A stretch of DNA of 62,876 nt, filler included. It is 4 parts of 4 records of this genome, joined end to end, with 100 filler letters (N's around TTAATTAATTAA, not from the genome) between each part and the next. Parts side by side here need not be neighbours in the genome. Positions count along the whole stretch, not along the records: positions 1 to 26,470 come from SRR31156797_41651; positions 26,571 to 33,388 come from SRR31156797_41655; 2 more parts are not named here. One strand, given 5' to 3'. Below, one piece after another: positions 22,040 to 30,908 of the stretch. The notes beneath the pieces were generated by a model. The model was given only the letters and a program-made list of their open reading frames with translations. It made no database searches and was not told where the DNA came from. The position numbers and the translations under genes are program-made. Within the stretch, counting starts at the first letter, position 1. Each line of letters opens with the position of its first letter.

Positions 22040-22071
22040 CAGTCTCAGGTCTGAACTACTACATATCATAA

Positions 22072-23328
22072 TCAGGGTATTGATCGGCCATGGGGGTCTT
22101 GTGAAGGATTTCCCAATTTTTCGTCGAGATAGTCCACAGTATTATTGTCACTTATATGCTCAAGATGGTGGGCCGTTGGGTGCAATTGTTCCTCAGGCGT
22201 TCCTATCGTGTCCAAATATGCTTCCCAGAGGCGATGGGCTCTCAATACCTTGTTTGCTTCCTTCTTACCATTGACAGTCAAATCGTAACCGCCTGCAGAG
22301 CTGGTAATCAAACCATCCTGAATCATTCGCGGCAGTGCTTTTTTGATTCCTTTGCCGCTCTCCACGTATTGCCGTATTATTGCAATGGAGGTTGTTTTTC
22401 CATTTCTCAATATAGTTGTAAGAATATCTTCAATAACCTGTTGAGGGACAAGATTGCGCATTCTGCGCCAACGGGCAAATAAGCCATATTTGGGCGCTAC
22501 CGCCAAAACAACAAGAAACTGCAGAGTGCAAAACAACATTATTGCACCGCCGCCTGCCGAATCCAGCCATACACATAAATAAAGACCTCCGACCACACTT
22601 GTTACCCCAAACAAACCGGCCAGCCACATCATGCGATCAAGGCGATCGCTTAGAAGATATGCTGTTGCAGCCGGGGTGATCAATAGACCTACGACCAAAA
22701 TGACACCAACCATACTGACTGCACTGACAACGACCAGAGACACGCAGGTTGTAAGAACATAGTCTATGAGCAGGACTGGTAAGCCAATTGATGCGGCCAT
22801 AACCGGATCAAAGGTTGCCAATTGGAAATGCCTGAAGAAAAATATGAGCATCGTTAAAACAACTGCCGCCACAAAAGCGCTCACCCAGAGATCAGTATCC
22901 GCAACCCCAAGAATGTCGCCCATAATGAAATGCATCAGGTCTATATGTATGTAATGGCGGAATATGGAAACAGCGACAACACCAAGGGCAAAGATCCCGG
23001 TATACATGATACCAATTGCTGTATCTTCTTTTACCCTTGATATTCGGGAAACAAAACTGATTAGGGCCACAGTTGCGATAGCAGCAATAAGTGAACCAAG
23101 AAGCATCCCAGGAGCATGTGCTTCTGCACCAAACAAAAGTTTCATTACCAGATAACCACCGGCAACACCTGCTATCATTGCATGGGATAATGCATCACCA
23201 AGAAAGGCCATACGCTTCAGCACCACCAGACATCCAACAACACCAGCCACGACCGCCACGATCGATCCGCCTATCAGTGCTTTCTGAAAATACGTCTCAG
23301 TGAGAGGTGCAATGAAAAGATCATACAT
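22072..23328 (-). CDS. Mn/Zn/Fe ABC permease fused to a C-terminal DtxR/MntR-like repressor domain
   Basis: GDALSHA, EDTAIGI, FDPVMA and LLITPAATA (ABC-3 permease), followed by a winged HTH and RAHRLWEAYL...AHHLEH...LGNPSQDPHG (DtxR metal-binding/dimerisation domain). Confidence 0.9.
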   Translation of the reverse strand: MYDLFIAPLTETYFQKALIGGSIVAVVAGVVGCLVVLKRMAFLGDALSHAMIAGVAGGYLVMKLLFGAEAHAPGMLLGSLIAAIATVALISFVSRISRVKEDTAIGIMYTGIFALGVVAVSIFRHYIHIDLMHFIMGDILGVADTDLWVSAFVAAVVLTMLIFFFRHFQLATFDPVMAASIGLPVLLIDYVLTTCVSLVVVSAVSMVGVILVVGLLITPAATAYLLSDRLDRMMWLAGLFGVTSVVGGLYLCVWLDSAGGGAIMLFCTLQFLVVLAVAPKYGLFARWRRMRNLVPQQVIEDILTTILRNGKTTSIAIIRQYVESGKGIKKALPRMIQDGLITSSAGGYDLTVNGKKEANKVLRAHRLWEAYLDTIGTPEEQLHPTAHHLEHISDNNTVDYLDEKLGNPSQDPHGRSIP

Positions 23329-24089
23329 CAGGATTCTCCCTTCTTGATAATATCGCTGAAGATTCGCAGCCGCCCTTCATAGACCTTACTTAAAAGCTCT
23401 TCGTTTAAAACCACAGATGGAGTACCGTAAGCATACATTCGCTGCTTGATAAGAATGAGTTTATCAAAGTATTCAGCGGCAGTTGAAAGATCATGATGCA
23501 CAACAACAAGCGTCTTACCAGAGTTTTTGGCACGTTCAAGCACATCCAAAATAGCCCTTTCCGTCGCCGCGTCAACACCGGCAAAAGGTTCATCAAGCAA
23601 AAGGATATCACTCCCCTGGGCAAGAGCACGGGCCATGAATACTCTCTGCTGCTGCCCCCCTGATAATTCGCCAATCTGTCTTTCAGCAAAATCCTGCATT
23701 CGCACCATCCCAAGTGCTTCAAATGCTGCATCATAATCAGCAGCCTTCGGCGAGCTGTACCAAGGAATTTGCTGGTAACGCCCCATCAGGGCGACTTCCT
23801 TTACCGTAATGGGAAAATCCCAATCCACCGCTCCCCGCTGGGGAACATAAGCGACTTCACCTTTTGCTTTTTGAGCGCTCTTGCCATTGATCAAAACAGT
23901 TCCAAGATCCGGCTTTACAAAACCAAGAACAGCCTTGATAAATGTCGATTTCCCCGCACCGTTGGGGCCAATGACTCCAATTAACTGATCACTTTCAATC
24001 TTGACACTCACATCAAGTAAAGCAGGTTTAGCTTGATAACTGACGGTCAGATGTTCAACATCAATTACAGTGGGCCGGTTAATGGTCAT
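23328..24089 (-). CDS. Metal ABC transporter ATP-binding protein
   Basis: GPNGAGKST, YVPQR, LSGGQQQR, LLDEPF and VHHDL; start reassigned to MTINRP (24089). Confidence 0.93.
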   Translation of the reverse strand: MTINRPTVIDVEHLTVSYQAKPALLDVSVKIESDQLIGVIGPNGAGKSTFIKAVLGFVKPDLGTVLINGKSAQKAKGEVAYVPQRGAVDWDFPITVKEVALMGRYQQIPWYSSPKAADYDAAFEALGMVRMQDFAERQIGELSGGQQQRVFMARALAQGSDILLLDEPFAGVDAATERAILDVLERAKNSGKTLVVVHHDLSTAAEYFDKLILIKQRMYAYGTPSVVLNEELLSKVYEGRLRIFSDIIKKGES

Positions 24090-24585
24090 GACTGCCCTCT
24101 TCGTTTGTAGAATGGCTAAAACTGATAGTCCCGGACACCAGTGCTCCCTGATCAGCCCAAACAGTCTGATCCACGACCAGGGTACTGTCCTCATACAACT
24201 TTACGCGAATGCCGTGTTCCAGTGTGTTTTCAGAGAAAGGCGGGCTGGCTGTAACAAATATCTCATTATGGCCGGACAAAACGCCGACCACATTTTCATA
24301 GCGAATGGTCTTGCCGCGCAATACGTCCTGAGCATGTATATCTATTGCAGTTCCATTGAGTTTTACTTTGAGTGGCGGGGTGTTGCGCTCAGATGTCGTT
24401 AACGCAAACGGATCTTCTTCTGTGGAAAATGTAGAGGTAACTTCAATTGCAAACTGTCCTTCAACCGATAGATCCACCGGTGTCGCTGCTATGATCTGCT
24501 GGCGTCTACTATCCCTGTGTGAAATATAACTCCAGAGCCCGCCAACAATAACAACCCAAATAGTAACTACCAGTAGAAATCTCAT
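24079..24585 (-). CDS. Membrane-anchored hypothetical protein within the metal ABC operon
   Basis: N-terminal TM helix, beta-rich body and His-containing tail HSTNEEGSHDH; lies 7 bp from the SBP gene and overlaps the ATPase gene. Confidence 0.75.
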   Translation of the reverse strand: MRFLLVVTIWVVIVGGLWSYISHRDSRRQQIIAATPVDLSVEGQFAIEVTSTFSTEEDPFALTTSERNTPPLKVKLNGTAIDIHAQDVLRGKTIRYENVVGVLSGHNEIFVTASPPFSENTLEHGIRVKLYEDSTLVVDQTVWADQGALVSGTISFSHSTNEEGSHDH

Positions 24586-24592
24586 GACCCCT

Positions 24593-25510
24593 CTATTTCA
24601 GTGCGTTAACGATCAGAAGTACATTCTCTCTCATCATGCCGATATATGTCTCACCAGCAGACCCCTCTGGCCCCATGGAATCGGAATACAATTCACCACC
24701 AATCTTCACCCCTGTCTCTTTAGCTATTTCCCGTATCTGTTTGGGGTTTATTGTGGTCTCTACAAAGAGGGCTGGAGCACCCGACTCTTTTATCGATTGA
24801 ACAACCTTTCGCCTACGCTCAGGAGTCATGCCACCGCCGACTTCCGCTCCTGTAGACCAACCAACAGGAGCAATAGAAAGAAAATTATTATTGGCATTTA
24901 ACTTGAATTCCGAACAAAAATAATTAAACGCATCATGGGTAGTCACAAGAATCCGCCGCTGGGTGGGAATCCTATTTACCTGTTGGCGTACCCACGAGTC
25001 CAGTACACGGAGCTGCTGCAAAAAGAGGGTAGCACGTGCCTCATACTCCTCTTTGCCGTTAGGATCAAATTGGCTCAACCCTTTGACAATGTTATTGACG
25101 TACACCGCTACGTTTTTAGGGGAAAACCAGGCATGAGGATCTGCCACCATTTCACCGCCGCTTGAGATTGCCAACGGTTTTATACCATCGGTAGTGGTAA
25201 TTATTGGTTTCCCTGCATCAGTGGCCAGAGTTGACATCCAGTTTTTACCTTCGAGATGTAACCCGTTTTCCAAGCAAATATCTGACCCGAGCACCATCTG
25301 GACATCATCTGGGGTCGGTTGGTACGTATGAGGGTCAGCACCGGGAGCCAGTACACTTTTCACGACAAGTCGATCACCAACAACCTGCCTTGCAAAATCA
25401 GCTATCTGCGTTGTTGACGCTACAATTATAGGTTTACTTTCACTTGCTAATCCAAATGAGGAGCAGAACAGACTCAAAAAAAACATCAATCCACACATGA
25501 TATATTTCAT
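24593..25510 (-). CDS. Metal ABC transporter substrate-binding protein (TroA/ZnuA/MntA family)
   Basis: Signal peptide; DPHTYQP, NGLHLE, DPHAW, THDAF and LYSDS. Confidence 0.93.
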   Translation of the reverse strand: MKYIMCGLMFFLSLFCSSFGLASESKPIIVASTTQIADFARQVVGDRLVVKSVLAPGADPHTYQPTPDDVQMVLGSDICLENGLHLEGKNWMSTLATDAGKPIITTTDGIKPLAISSGGEMVADPHAWFSPKNVAVYVNNIVKGLSQFDPNGKEEYEARATLFLQQLRVLDSWVRQQVNRIPTQRRILVTTHDAFNYFCSEFKLNANNNFLSIAPVGWSTGAEVGGGMTPERRRKVVQSIKESGAPALFVETTINPKQIREIAKETGVKIGGELYSDSMGPEGSAGETYIGMMRENVLLIVNALK

Positions 25511-25830
25511 AATTATTCTCTCCTAACAATTTAATATTTTTCTCTTTTTGTAACCAAACACAGGAAGCAGTATTGGTCAAATCATAATTATGTATCTTTA
25601 TTTCTCCAATATGAAAAAACAAAGAACAATTTGTCCTATATATTTCTTTTTTCCACAACCTGCATACATGTTGTCACGTTTTGCCAATGCGCCTACCTGC
25701 AGACACCTTATGTTGCCCTCCCAACGGGAGGCTCATGAGTATAGAGCCGGTCCCAATAATTTAAACAACGCTATAAGTTGATAAGTCTTCACAAATCACG
25801 CATACTGCTGCCTCATACAAAAAGGCGTTT

Positions 25831-26024
25831 ATCACCAGTAGACGCCCCGACGAAATCATTCACCTGCAGTTAAATCTAAAATTTCCCTAACTGCAATTAA
25901 GGGCGAACAAACTATCACTGAGCTGTCTCAGAGGTTTGATATTCACCCAAACCAAATAACATAATAGTGGAAGAGTCAGTTGCTTGAACAGCTATCCTCT
26001 GTTTTTCAGCAGGGAGGAAAACCT
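25831..26024 (+). mobile_element. Degenerate IS3-family OrfA (transposase HTH) remnant
   Basis: Translates to RRPRRNHSPAVKSKISLTAIKGEQTITELSQRFDIHPNQIT**WKSQLLE; start codon appears mutated (ATC) and there are internal stops. Confidence 0.75.
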
Positions 26025-26470
26025 AATTTCCCATCGGCATCGAGTCCCATGTGTAGCTTGACGGCTCCCTTGGCTCTTCTGAATTTGGCCCAAGGGAAAA
26101 CAGCAAGACAGAGGTCGATTGTGCTGGCATCAAGCAGATAGACTTTACCCTTGAACTTGAACGATGTTTTGGTGCATGCTTGCTGCATCTGTTGAGCAAG
26201 TTCTGAAACATAATTTTATAGAGTTCGGATAGTTGCTGCCCGTTACCCCTGGCTAATGTAGCCCTTGATATTTTTTTCGTTCCCAGGTGATACGGGCGTT
26301 TTTCTTGAGATCTGAGGCTCTTCAGTCCAGAAACCTGGGCGATCATTATGGCGAGAAACTGACTCCAGCGGCTGCATGAAGGAATCTCTGATCCTTGTGA
26401 TGATTGACAGCCAGGTTTTCTAAATCATGTCTCGGGTAAATTGCAGTCAATTGCCGAAGGATTGTGTTAT
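26025..26470 (-). mobile_element. Degenerate IS4-family transposase fragment (DUF4372-type N-terminus plus start of DDE domain)
   Basis: Frameshifted segments NTILRQLTAIYPRHDLENL, SRWSQFLAIMIAQVSGLKSLR, ISRATLAR and LLDASTIDLCLAVFPWAKFRRAKGAVKLH; runs into the contig end. Confidence 0.8.
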
Positions 26471-26570
26471 NNNNNNNNNNNNNNNNNNNNNNNNNNNNNN
26501 NNNNNNNNNNNNNNTTAATTAATTAANNNNNNNNNNNNNNNNNNNNNNNNNNNNNNNNNNNNNNNNNNNN
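26471..26570. other. Artificial contig junction (N-run with TTAATTAATTAA linker)
   Basis: N44-TTAATTAATTAA-N44; the linker has stop codons in all six frames. Confidence 0.97.
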
Positions 26571-27069
26571 CCGCCCCGGCGTCCAACAAAATCGCCCGAC
26601 GGACCTTGTCCTCCCAGTAGTCGTAATGGGCAAACCGCCGCAGTGACGCTTCCAGCCCGCCGATAATGACCGGCAGCCCCGGAAACGCTTCGCGTACACG
26701 GTTAGAATAGACAATCGTTGCCCGGTCCGGACGGCGTCCAGCCTTGCGGCCGGGCGAATACGCGTCGTCATGGCGCGGCTTTTTTGCAGCCGTATAATGC
26801 GCGACCATTGAATCGAGGTTTCCCGCCCCGACGAGCGCGCCGTATCGCGGACGGCCCATGGCCAGAAAATCATCGGTACTCTTCCAGTCCGGCTGCGCTA
26901 AAACGGCCACGCGAAAGCCGTCGGCCTCCAAGACTCGGCCGATGACGGCCGTGCCGAAGCTCGGATGATCGATGTACGCGTCACCCGTGATAAGAAGAAA
27001 GTCATAATAATACCAGTCCCGGGCGAGCATATCGGCCCGGGAAACCGGCAAAAATTCGCTTGACGTCAT
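26571..27069 (-). CDS. ygiQ: YgiQ family radical SAM protein (N-terminal part, truncated by gap)
   Basis: [35 protein letters not shown] and [16 protein letters not shown]. Confidence 0.93.
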
Positions 27070-27092
27070 TTAAACCTCAACAATCCGGTTTT

Positions 27093-27164
27093 TGATAATT
27101 TGTAATAATCCAGTGAGAATCAAAACATTAATGTGATAATCCGATGATAATTAATGATAATCCG
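27093..27164. repeat. Helically phased TGATAAT array upstream of ygiQ
   Basis: TGATAAT at 27093, 27134, 27145 and 27155; single-mismatch copies TAATAAT at 27103 and TGAGAAT at 27114. Confidence 0.6.
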
Positions 27165-27170
27165 CTATTC

Positions 27171-27244
27171 GTAGGGGCGGATTTCATATCCGCCCTGCAC
27201 GTCCGCAATTTTTGGTAATGGGCGGATATGGAATCCGCCCCTAC
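27171..27244. repeat. GTAG-type REP doublet (REPIN-like inverted pair)
   Basis: GTAGGGGCGGATTTCATATCCGCCC (27171-27195) and an inverted copy at 27220-27244 with one mismatch; each unit is internally palindromic. Confidence 0.8.
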
Positions 27245-27261
27245 TCATCCTAGCCACACCC

Positions 27262-28407
27262 TCATTGCAGGGCAATATTCATTTCCAGTATCAAGTGTTT
27301 CCCAAACCTGTTTTCGAATACGCCGGCCAGCTCAAATCCGTACTTTTCACAAAAGCGCAGCGCCCGTTCGTTTTTTTCGCTGACCGTCATGCGTAGCTTC
27401 TCACGGCCAAGTGATCGGAAAACGGAGACAGCCTGGCCTAGAAGCTGCACGGCGATGCCCATATGGCGGTGCTTTTGTATCATGTAAAAGAATTCAATCA
27501 CACCGACCTTTTCAGCTTCACCCTCTTGCGTGTTTAGTTCAATTACGCCCACCGGCGTGTCATAAATCAGCGCCAGTGAAACGGCGCGCGGATGCGCCTG
27601 GGCATGTGCCTGTGCACCTTCCAATACGCTTTCGTCCGCCGGCAACTCCGCCCCGTAAACCGAGACGTGCGCCTCGCGGCGGTAGTCCAGATACAGCTCG
27701 CCGTCGCTTGTGAAGTCAAAAGATGTAAAACGCAGATTCGTCGAGTCATACGTTGTGTTCTCACGCCACCATTTCTGATGCGCGAACGTACTGATGTCAT
27801 CCGTCAGATGCGAGTTATCCCCGTACCAGTCCACGTCAATTTTTCCGTTGTCAACGCGTAAAAGCGCCACAGCCGTATTATCGCTGTGCTTAATGCGCAC
27901 GATTTCTTCCGGCGTGATACCGAGCGCGCCGGCCAAAAACGTCCGCGTGGCCTGACCGTGGGAAAAGATGGCGACCGTCTCACTGTCGTGCTTGGCTGCG
28001 ATATCCAGCACCGCTTGTGTTACGCGATTCTGGAGCTCAAAATAATCCTCACCGCCGTCCACCTTCCAAAGCGCCGGGGCGTTATTGAAATTTTCCAGCT
28101 GCTCGGGTTCAAAGCGTTCGACTTCTCCCCATGTCCGGTCTTCCCAGACGCCCATACAAACCTCGCGCAGTCTTGGGGACACAATGAGCGGCAGCTTGTG
28201 ACTTAAGTAAATAGCGCCGGCTGTCTTGATCGTCCTGAGCAGATTGCTGGCGTACACGGCGTCTATTTTAATCGTGTCGAAGCGTTTTTTCAGTGCGGCA
28301 ATTTGTTTGTATCCGCGTTTTGTAATCAGGCTGTCATAAATGCCGTGTATGCGGCGGTAGAGATTACCCTCCGCCTCGGCGTGCCGGATGAGATAAATGG
28401 TCGTCAT
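27262..28407 (-). CDS. Histidine phosphatase (PGM family) fused to a C-terminal GNAT acetyltransferase
   Basis: IRHAE, LREVCMGVWE and SHG (His phosphatase); HRHMGIAVQLL and NERALRFCEKYGF (GNAT); start overlaps the pyrD stop. Confidence 0.85.
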   Translation of the reverse strand: MTTIYLIRHAEAEGNLYRRIHGIYDSLITKRGYKQIAALKKRFDTIKIDAVYASNLLRTIKTAGAIYLSHKLPLIVSPRLREVCMGVWEDRTWGEVERFEPEQLENFNNAPALWKVDGGEDYFELQNRVTQAVLDIAAKHDSETVAIFSHGQATRTFLAGALGITPEEIVRIKHSDNTAVALLRVDNGKIDVDWYGDNSHLTDDISTFAHQKWWRENTTYDSTNLRFTSFDFTSDGELYLDYRREAHVSVYGAELPADESVLEGAQAHAQAHPRAVSLALIYDTPVGVIELNTQEGEAEKVGVIEFFYMIQKHRHMGIAVQLLGQAVSVFRSLGREKLRMTVSEKNERALRFCEKYGFELAGVFENRFGKHLILEMNIALQ

Positions 28408-29318
28408 CAGTATGGCTGTACCTTTCCTGTTATTTCTTTTACGCGCTCTATATTCTTTCGCTCCAGATAAGCTTTAAGCCCCTTGGTTATTGTGACAGGC
28501 GCCATCGGCTCAGTAAATAATGCCGTGCCCACCGATATCAGATCGGCGCCGGCCAGCATCATTTCCACAGCGTCGTTTGCTGACGAAATGCCGCCCATGC
28601 CCATAACCGGTATCCGGACAGCGTTTTTAACCTGCCATACCATTCGGAGCGCGACTGGCAGGACGGCGGGACCCGACAGCCCGCCTGTGTTATTTTTGAG
28701 AATGGGTCGGGCCGTCTCAATGTCAATGCGCAAACCTAACAGTGTGTTGATGAGTGAAACGGCGTTCGCGCCGGCAGCTTCGGCGGCCCGCGCTATCTCC
28801 GTTATATCGGTCACATTTGGCGACAGCTTGATCATTACGGGAATAGCTGCATGGCGCTTGACCTCCCGTGTCACCAGCGCAGCCGAATCGGCGGAGGTAC
28901 CGAAGGCCAGGCCGCCGGCCTTTACGTTCGGGCAGGAAATATTAACTTCGAGGAGGTCAACCTTTGCGTCCGAGAGCTTTTCAGCCATTTCGCAGTATTC
29001 TTCCACGGTATTTCCCGATATGTTGGCAATAATATTTGTATCGTGCCGGCGCAGAAACGGCAGCTCATTTGCTATAAAGGCGTCGACGCCGGGATTTTGA
29101 AGACCGACGCTGTTGAGCATCCCCATGGGCGTTTCGGCTATGCGCGGCGGTGGATTTCCCTGGCGTTCATGGGCGGTCAGGCCTTTTACGGCGATACCGC
29201 CGAGAATCGACAGGTCGAAAAACTCGCCGTACTCGTGACCAAAGCCAAATGTGCCGGAGGAAACGACGACGGGTGTCTTGAAATCAACACCTGCAAATTT
29301 AACGCTCAGATCCGTCAT
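28407..29318 (-). CDS. pyrD: Dihydroorotate dehydrogenase B, catalytic subunit
   Basis: SGTFG, GNPPPR, NSVGLQNPG, NISCPN, KLSPN and GGLSGP; start MTDLSV overlaps the pyrK stop (ATGA). Confidence 0.95.
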   Translation of the reverse strand: MTDLSVKFAGVDFKTPVVVSSGTFGFGHEYGEFFDLSILGGIAVKGLTAHERQGNPPPRIAETPMGMLNSVGLQNPGVDAFIANELPFLRRHDTNIIANISGNTVEEYCEMAEKLSDAKVDLLEVNISCPNVKAGGLAFGTSADSAALVTREVKRHAAIPVMIKLSPNVTDITEIARAAEAAGANAVSLINTLLGLRIDIETARPILKNNTGGLSGPAVLPVALRMVWQVKNAVRIPVMGMGGISSANDAVEMMLAGADLISVGTALFTEPMAPVTITKGLKAYLERKNIERVKEITGKVQPY

Positions 29319-30076
29319 TCCCAGACCACCTCCTGCGCCTTGAATACCGGTCCGTCCCGGCAGACGCGGCTCATATGTTCGCTGCCGTTCTTGACGGTTT
29401 TGCAGGCACAGACGAGACACGCGCCAACGCCGCAACCCATCCGTTCCTCCAAAGATACCTGACAGCTAACGTCATATTCCCGTGTCAGTGCTGCCACAGC
29501 TTTCAGCATCGGTTTGGGTCCGCAGGCCAAAACGGCGTCGAAGCGGTTTTCCTCTAACAGCCGTTTTGATACATCCGTAACGAACCCGCGCTCGCCAGCC
29601 GTGCCGTCGTCCGTCGTCAGACAGACCGTGTCACAAACGCTTTTAAATTCGTCCTGAAGAATAACGCATCCGGCTGTGCGAAAGCCTAGTACAGCCGCCA
29701 CGCTGCCGGCTGCTTTTCTCGCCGCGTATAAAAGCGGCGGTGCGCCGATCCCGCCGCCGATCAGTAATAGCCTGCCGCCGGAAACATCATAGCCGTGCCC
29801 AAGCGGGCCCAGCACATCCACCGTCTGACCGGGCTGACGTCCGGCAAGCCAGCGTGTTCCCGCCCCGCGCGCTTCGACAACGACGGTCAACACGTCGTTG
29901 TCGGCGTTGCAGATACTAATTGGGCGCCGCAGCAGCTGATCTTCGCCGCATTTAATATGGACAAATTGACCCGGCGCGGCGGCATCGGCAATATCCGGCG
30001 CGTCCAGACGCAGCATAAAAGCGTCGTCCGTCAATTTTCTTATTTCAAGGACCTTCGAGAGCCTTTGAACGGGCAT
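29315..30076 (-). CDS. pyrK: Dihydroorotate dehydrogenase electron transfer subunit
   Basis: PGQFV, RRPISI, GPLGHG, GGGIG, ACGP and MGCGVGACLVC...CRDGPVF. Confidence 0.95.
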   Translation of the reverse strand: MPVQRLSKVLEIRKLTDDAFMLRLDAPDIADAAAPGQFVHIKCGEDQLLRRPISICNADNDVLTVVVEARGAGTRWLAGRQPGQTVDVLGPLGHGYDVSGGRLLLIGGGIGAPPLLYAARKAAGSVAAVLGFRTAGCVILQDEFKSVCDTVCLTTDDGTAGERGFVTDVSKRLLEENRFDAVLACGPKPMLKAVAALTREYDVSCQVSLEERMGCGVGACLVCACKTVKNGSEHMSRVCRDGPVFKAQEVVWE

Positions 30077-30410
30077 AAAAACCTCCGTGAAATTTTATTG
30101 TTGCTATTTTAACGCATTTACATTTCCTTTACAACAGCCCGTTGGTTAATTTAACAAAATTACGTTTTGATTTTGGATAATCTTGAAAATACACCTGAAT
30201 TATTATACTATGTTGTCGATTTATTGTAAGATTTTATTAATTGGGCTTAAATATATTGTCGGTGCTTTTTACCGGTAATTTAGACGTTACAAATAATATT
30301 GACAGCAGCATCCCTATTCTCCCCGTCTTTGCGGACACGGATCAGCAGGCAAACCGTTCAGCGGGGATTTCAAAATCTGATTATGCGCTGCAGCGCAGGG
30401 GGAGGTAACT

Positions 30411-30908
30411 ATGAAAAAAGTTGCAGTGGTCATGGGCTCAGACAGCGACCTGGGCATTGTCGGCGGAGCGATTAAGCAGCTCAAGGCTTTTGACATTCCA
30501 TATGAGGCACGCGTCATCTCCGCACACAGGACGCCTTATGCAGCCGAAGCTTTTGCCGTGTCGGCAATAGACAACGGCTTCGGCGTAATCATCGCGGCAG
30601 CCGGAAAAGCCGCGCATCTGGCCGGCGTGCTGGCCGCTTATACGACGCTCCCCGTGATCGGACTGCCCATAAAATCCTCTACAATGGATGGTTTGGACAG
30701 TCTTTTATCCATCGTACAAATGCCATCCGGCGTACCGGTGGCGACGGTGGCGATCAACGGGGCCGACAACGCGGCTATTCTGGCCGCTCAGATTCTGGCT
30801 TTGTCCGACGACGCTCTGGCGCGGCGGCTTACGGAGTTTAAATCAAAAATGGCGCAGACCGTTTCGGACAAGGACGCAAAACTTCAAAACGAGGTAGAAA
30901 ATCTATGA
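30411..30908 (+). CDS. purE: N5-CAIR mutase / AIR carboxylase
   Basis: MGSDSD, SAHRTP, AGKAAHL and VQMPSGVPVATV. Confidence 0.96.
   Translation: MKKVAVVMGSDSDLGIVGGAIKQLKAFDIPYEARVISAHRTPYAAEAFAVSAIDNGFGVIIAAAGKAAHLAGVLAAYTTLPVIGLPIKSSTMDGLDSLLSIVQMPSGVPVATVAINGADNAAILAAQILALSDDALARRLTEFKSKMAQTVSDKDAKLQNEVENL

Noticed and set aside
26515-26526. TTAATTAATTAA repeated three times in the window
   Set aside because: Synthetic all-frame-stop linker inside N-runs, not biological
30348-30378. GGCAAACC resembling a c-di-GMP-I riboswitch P1
   Set aside because: No GNRA tetraloop and no GACGCAAAGC/P2 consensus; kept only as part of a generic structured leader
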